64,000 bases of DNA from positions 354,826,001 through 354,890,000 of the forward strand of contig OZ024742.1 of NCBI GenBank assembly GCA_964016885.1. Reading direction: 5' to 3'. This document shows positions 57,938 to 64,000 of this stretch, piece by piece (the first letter of the stretch is position 1; the number at the start of each line of letters is the position of its first letter). Source of the stretch: Eledone cirrhosa (Eukaryota). The notes beneath the pieces are model-generated. The model was not told where the DNA came from. It saw nothing but the letters and a program-made list of their open reading frames with translations, and did no database searches. Made by a program: the position numbers and the translations under genes.

Positions 57938-60189
57938 TAAACGGAAAAGAAAATGCTGACAAATTGTTCCCAGTGAAAAATAGTTTAATTAGGAATAAGT
58001 GAAAATGTGTAATATTATTGGTTAGTATTCAGTTTTGGTTTTAAGTCTTACCGGTTGCGCATTTCTAATGCTTTTCAAAAATAATTTTGAGATAGAGCGC
58101 CCGTGATGTTTGCTCTAAGCTGATTAGTTTTGGAAATTATAACTGTTTTATGTGAAAAAAGTGGCTCCAGATGTATTAAATTAAGTTTCGCGCCAGTTCG
58201 TGTTGCAAAAACTATTGTGGTCAAAACAATTTTGATTGGTCGGTAGAGGTCATGTGAATGTTAAAAATTGATTTTGCGTCAAATGTAGGTTTGTGTCGGC
58301 TTTTCAATAACAAACCATTCAGGCAGAAATCTGGGACCGCTATGGAAACGAAAATAAGCCCCCACTTATGCCAACCTAGTCATGGGATACCTGGAAATCA
58401 CCCTCTACACTAAAGTCCTAAACAAATTTGGAAACACTCCCCACTTACACATAGAAAGGAACTGGAAGCGATATCTAGATTACTGCTTCATCCTTTGGCA
58501 CGACAAAATTGAGAAACTTAAATCATTTTACATCTTTATAAATGGGCTCAACACGAATATTAACTTCACGATGGAATACAGCCATCAACAACTCCCCTTC
58601 CTCGACATCCTCATTAAGATCCATAACAAACAAATAGAAACAGACATATACTACAAGCCCGCAGACTCCAAGAAATATCTTCCTTTCAACTCTTGCCACC
58701 CTAGACACGTTACAATCAATATTCCCTACAACTTAGCCAAGTGAATATGTAATATAGTCTCCAATAAAAACACCAGCTTCTTACGGCTACAAGAACTAAA
58801 GGACACACTTATAGGCAGGGGCTAGCCTGCATCACTAATTGACAATGGAATCCAACGTGCCCTAAAACTCAGTACCCAGGACCTTAGACACATTAAAGTA
58901 AATCAACCAAAACTAAAAGCTCTTCCATACATCTCCACACACAACACCCTCAACAATGAGGCCGTTGACACCATCCTCCAGAACATCCCTGCGTTGAAAA
59001 AGGACCATAGAATGAACCAAATCCTACGAACACACGATATCATAAAGAGCAAAAGACAATCTAAGTGAATGAAAAAGATTCTAACACATGCCAAAGTACT
59101 GCCCACCACAACAACGAAACCCACAGTAAAAAAAATGCGATAGACCCAACTGTGGCATATGCATCAACCTAATAGAGGGTTCGGAATTCTATTTCAAAGA
59201 AGGAAAACGTTTTATAGTAAAACACAATTTCACATGCGCATCAGAAAATCTAATATATGTATTAACTTGCTCAGGTTGTCGAGAACAATACATAGGCCAG
59301 ACTAAAAACAGCCTCCGCCAAAGCATGACTGTCCATAGATCCCTAATTAAAATACAGGAATACAGGAAAATACCACTGAGTGAACACATTGATACCCGTG
59401 CCGCCCCAAATCATCCCAACTTCAGAATCTGTCCCCTCTTCTAATTTAAAGATAATGCCACCCACACCCAGCGCATCAGCAAGGAATCTCACTTTATTAA
59501 CAAATACGGACCCCGTCTAAACACTTCTCCCTAAGACGAACCCACAACATACACACGTCAACATACATACCTACATCAGCATACATCTCTATCCACATAT
59601 AAACACAATGACATACGTAAACACACATGTTCTATGGTGCAACACAAATATACACAAATTTGCATACCTTTTGATGTCTATAGATATAAACATGCCGACA
59701 CACACACATACATAAACGCACACATGCATTGCACACTGATGGTCACATACATATTTGTATACAAGTATTCCAATACGGCAAGGCTCAATGTATTCCCCTT
59801 GCAGAAGTACAATCTGGACACTCTCACACACACCTTGGTATTGTGCCAATACTATATATCATTTCACACCTTTTATTATTAAGGTTTTTGATGTTCTATT
59901 GAGAGAATCGTTTTTACTGAAAATGTCGAAAAATGTGCATCATTTATACCAGTATCACACAAATACTGGTCCACCCACACACACACATACACATATATAC
60001 ACACACACACATATATATACACACACACATACACACGCGTACATTAACATACAAAGAGACATATACACACACACACACACTTCTCCGTATAAGACAAGAG
60101 CTGAAAAAATATTTGTTAACATGTTAAAATATCCCCCACACACGTACAGACACATTCCTACTACCATCCCTCTACCACGAATTACTCTG

Positions 60190-60242
<53 letters not shown>

Positions 60243-60800
60243 TCTTAATAGGCATTTGAACTGTCAACAGGCTGCGGTTCGCACATACATCCCTGCTGAC
60301 AATTATCACAACAACGAACATCTTTACTACTAGTACTACTACTACACACACACATATTTTTTTTGAAAGACTTATTTTTCAATGACTTCTCAATCAGCCG
60401 ACACAAACATACATTTTGCGCAAAATCAATTTTTAACATCCACATGGCCTCTACCGCCCAATCAAAATTGTTTTGACCACAATAATTTTTGCAAAACGAA
60501 TTGGCGCGTAACTTATTTTAATACATCTGGAGCCACTTTTGTCACATAAAACAGGTAGAATTTCAAAAAACTAATCAGATTAGAGTAAACATCACGGGCG
60601 ATCTATCTCAAAATTATTTTTGAAAAGCATTAGAAATTCGCAACCCTTAAAATTTAAAACCAAAACTTAATACTAACCAATACTATTACTAATTTTTACT
60701 TATTCCTAATTAAACTATTTTTCACTGGGAACAATTTGTCAGCATTTTCTTTTCCGTTTACCAATATACCATAACTCGTGTGTTACACCTCTATTCTTTT
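57932..60800 (+). mobile_element. 5'-truncated Neptune-like PLE with ~370-bp inverted pLTRs
   Basis: GTAM, WKRYLDYCF, LPFLDI, SCHPRH..NIPYNLA, FTCASENLIYVLTCSGCREQYIGQT. Arms 57932-58301 and 60396-60767. Confidence 0.9.
58046..58081 (-). ncRNA. Hammerhead-like motif, U3-A8 with GCAA replacing GAAA
   Basis: TTT TTGAAAA GCAT tagaa ATGC GCAA CCGG TA AGA. The plus copy 60617-60652 shares both core changes. Confidence 0.55.
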
Positions 60801-60801
60801 A

Positions 60802-60844
<43 letters not shown>

Positions 60845-60851
<7 letters not shown>

Positions 60852-62770
60852 TAACAGATTAAAGTTTAAGCAAATAATCGCTGCTTTCACGATTAACGAG
60901 ATCTTCTGAAACTAAAAAATCAATCTTTGTACGCAGAAGTAACTATTTCAAAAAACGTTGCAACCGATGGAGGACAAGAAGACGATACTTTGGTTCGTGG
61001 AAATGTTCCCTGGCAAAGAACGAAAAAAACGAAGATAATACGTCATTATTTGGACCGGTGAAACAAATAGGCGCAAAGACAAAACAACGTTGATGGTATA
61101 AATGAAGTGATAGACAAATATTCTTTGAGGGGGTCCATGGAGACGTTCCCTGGCAATGAACGAGAAAAACAAAGATAATACGTCAAAACCACGTAAAAGG
61201 TATAACTGAAGTCGTAGACTAAAATTCTATCTAGGAAACCGAATGATTCTCAGCTTCAAAGTTAAGAATAAAGTAAATAAAATACTTAGGTAATCCACAT
61301 TAAATATATACATACACGCACCCATGTACGTACATACACAAGTATACGCGAAAACACTCGCCATGGGTATACAAATAGAAGCATGTACATAAAAAAAGCC
61401 GCACGCCCATACAGAACCCACTCAACGCTTGTACCCGCACACATACGGACGAATACACCAAATACACATAAGACTATATATAAAATAAATACATATATAT
61501 ATATGTGTCTGTGTGCGAGTGTATACATATAATTAAATACATGTATATAAATAAATAAATACTTATATAACGCGCGCACACACATACCCACATGTAAAAA
61601 CACGTATGTTCGCAGATGTACGTCAAACAAAACACAAAGTACACAAATACACACACCCTACATATGTACGAACCCGCATACTCACACAGACGCAAAAATC
61701 ACGTATACACAGAACCAAATGCACATGTAGCAGAATATATAATATCATATATACGGCTATAACATATACAAGCAAATATACGAACGAGAAAGTATACGTA
61801 CCTTCACAAAACATACAGGTAATATATACTTACCTATACAAATAAGTAATGTTATAAACATAACATATACTTAGCTACCACATCAAGACGTAACATATCC
61901 GCGTATAGTTCGTACTATCCGTTAGGGTATAATGTGGAGCTGTAATATGAGAAAGATTTGTGCAATCTATGTTTACAAGCCGAAATTGCCTCAGATTTTT
62001 TGTTTAAGATGTGGTCTTTGGCGTAGGGTATTTCCAGGGCCTCAGCGGCGTAGAGGTCACTTGTTCTTTTATTTCCGTTATACGATCTAGCCTTAGCTAG
62101 GATCTCCCAGTGCAACTTATCTTTTGTGTGGTTGTCTTTTAGACTCCAGCTATTAGCTGAAAGTGACATCATATTCCTTCTTAAAGGGTTAAGAAAAGAA
62201 CGGGTATGCATGTAAAGACACTGCTTGATTTTATTGCCGGTTAACCCTATGTAGGCCCTACAGGACGTGAGTGTTTCAACCTTACATTTGTAGACAATGT
62301 TACTAGAGAAGCATTTCCCGGATAGGGGGCAGTCAACACGATTCCTGCAATTACAGTTAGTACTACTTACAGGGTTGCCCGTTTTCCTACGACTAGGTAA
62401 TTTAGGTAATTTTGAAGCTGTGATGTTATGTGCAAGGTTAAGAGTCGTAGTGTAAGATATTTTAATGGTATTCCTATTAAAAAGTGTACTATATTTATGT
62501 GGTTGGGGGAAATGCTTCATAATAAGGGAGAGAAAGATCTTAGCTAATGGTGGGTTATCCCATGTAATACATCGGGATCTATTTTTCCTAGGTCTATTCT
62601 CGTACTCTGTATATGCTACCTTAATGACAAATCCACTCCGAGCAAGTGCTTCATTGTAATATGTGGAATGGTCGTTGAAAAAATATTCGGTCTATGTTTC
62701 TTATATATTTGATATACAATTATCCTTATCGAGCCCTCATTGAATTTTCGTTTTCAAATGTTATTATTAC
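60845..62770 (-). mobile_element. Nematis-like PLE 3' fragment carrying the family N pLTR
   Basis: ORF 61915-62520 NCNCRNRVDCPLSGKC..IVYKC..YIGLT..CKH. pLTR at 60845-60985, inverted end at 62690-62770. Confidence 0.85.
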
Positions 62771-63043
62771 TATATATATATATATTTGGGTCCCAAAACA
62801 CATATATTTCCGTGACTTTGTTTAATCGGTGTATGTGTAAATATTTAAATTTAATAATCTCCCTTAAGATTGAGATACAATTTGGGCGATATTGGGCTGC
62901 GCTTTCTAGCAACCAACCCACTCGCCGTAAGCAATCAATCACACTCTTTCTGACTTGACCACTGCCACGTCACAGATCTCAGCCATTTTGAATTCGTGTT
63001 TGGCGGGGGCCACTTCAGAAAATAATTTGTCCTAGCGAGTTTG

Positions 63044-63120
63044 TCACCTGAAGAGCTCTAAACTTGAGATTTATCATTAATAGGATATCTCAAAATGAGA
63101 GCGAAACCCATGAGTCGGGA
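63044..63120 (+). ncRNA. Type I hammerhead with 48-nt stem-loop II
   Basis: CTGAAGA GCTCT..TTGAGAT..ATCTCAA..AGAGC GAAA CCCATGAG TC GGGA. Predicted cleavage after 63116. Confidence 0.75.
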
Positions 63121-63466
63121 TTTAGTGATTTAATCCTGGTATGTATATACGCATTTCTAACTTTAATTGTATACCTAATTGTGTATGGTCGACCGTATAT
63201 TTAATTAATTTCCACGTGCTCTTGAAATGTTAGGTAAATATTCTATACGCTGTCGTTTATTTATTTACTGTTTCTTCGTAGGTGCCTTTTAATCTTAAAG
63301 CCTGGTCTAATTGATTTTGTGTGTGGTTAATTATGCTAATTGGGAGAAGAAATGATGTATATATATTATTAAATAATTCTCTGGACATGCTTTACTTTAT
63401 AGTATTTCGCTCTGATTATTTAATTCATTAATTCTTCATTGAGCCACATCGTGAATGGGTGCCAAA

Positions 63467-63668
<202 letters not shown>

Positions 63669-63790
63669 TAATGTGTGTATAGTGTATTTGGCAATATACT
63701 GTATGTTTCATTAAGCACATTTAAAAAGCCATTCACTATGAGTTTTAAAGTAGTAACTATGTCATACTTATTCTCTGCAAAAAACAACAG

Positions 63791-63834
63791 AGAGTGGGCG
63801 AAAGACAGTCTGTTTTTCGCTTGTGAACGTTTAA
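63791..63834 (+). CDS. Possible terminal coding exon (K)SGRKTVCFSLVNV*
   Basis: caacAG acceptor, phase 1 compatible with 57759. Weak pyrimidine tract. Confidence 0.25.
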
Positions 63835-64000
63835 CAAGACCACACACTCAGTTGCCTTTGTTGAGAATTATCGAGGCTGGCTTCTGATATATACTATAAT
63901 ATATATACATTAATGTATACATCCCTATTTCAGAGAACCAATACTTATATATATATATGAATGTATATATAGTATGTTTGGCAATTTACCGTATGTTTAA

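Noticed and set aside
58742-59070. In-frame TGA codons as selenocysteine (Naiad-type PLE)
   Set aside because: The endonuclease is C-terminal, the TGAs do not sit at expected Cys positions (58742 fits CGA>TGA), and TAG stops and frameshifts are also present.
57932-60800. Long inverted termini read as DNA-transposon TIRs
   Set aside because: The interior encodes PLE RT/GIY-YIG and the arms carry HHR-like motifs, so they are inverted pLTRs.

Overview
This is AT-rich animal genomic DNA, most likely an octopod cephalopod (inferred from the tRNA-derived SINE type and the (TA)n load). It is built as a string of cassettes, each sitting between (TA)n microsatellites. Most cassettes come from Penelope-like retroelements (PLEs) resembling the Neptune, Poseidon/Penelope and Nematis clades, all with broken RT/GIY-YIG ORFs. 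There is also one near-complete CR1/L2-type LINE, several RTE-type LINE fragments, tRNA-SINEs and two MITEs. A few phase-compatible exons suggest a + strand host gene with a PH-like domain. The main signal is about 30 type I hammerhead ribozyme (HHR) motifs, read by eye, from about 18 unrelated sequence families. Many lie in palindromic (fold-back), often non-coding cassettes. They include U3-A8 covariant cores, U4A/U4C cores and 48-105 nt stem-loop II insertions. A 35-bp tandem array of about 20 units repeats only the HHR core. Two palindromes appear to have formed by snap-back on the ribozyme's own stem II. All alignments and folds were done by eye, so boundaries are approximate.
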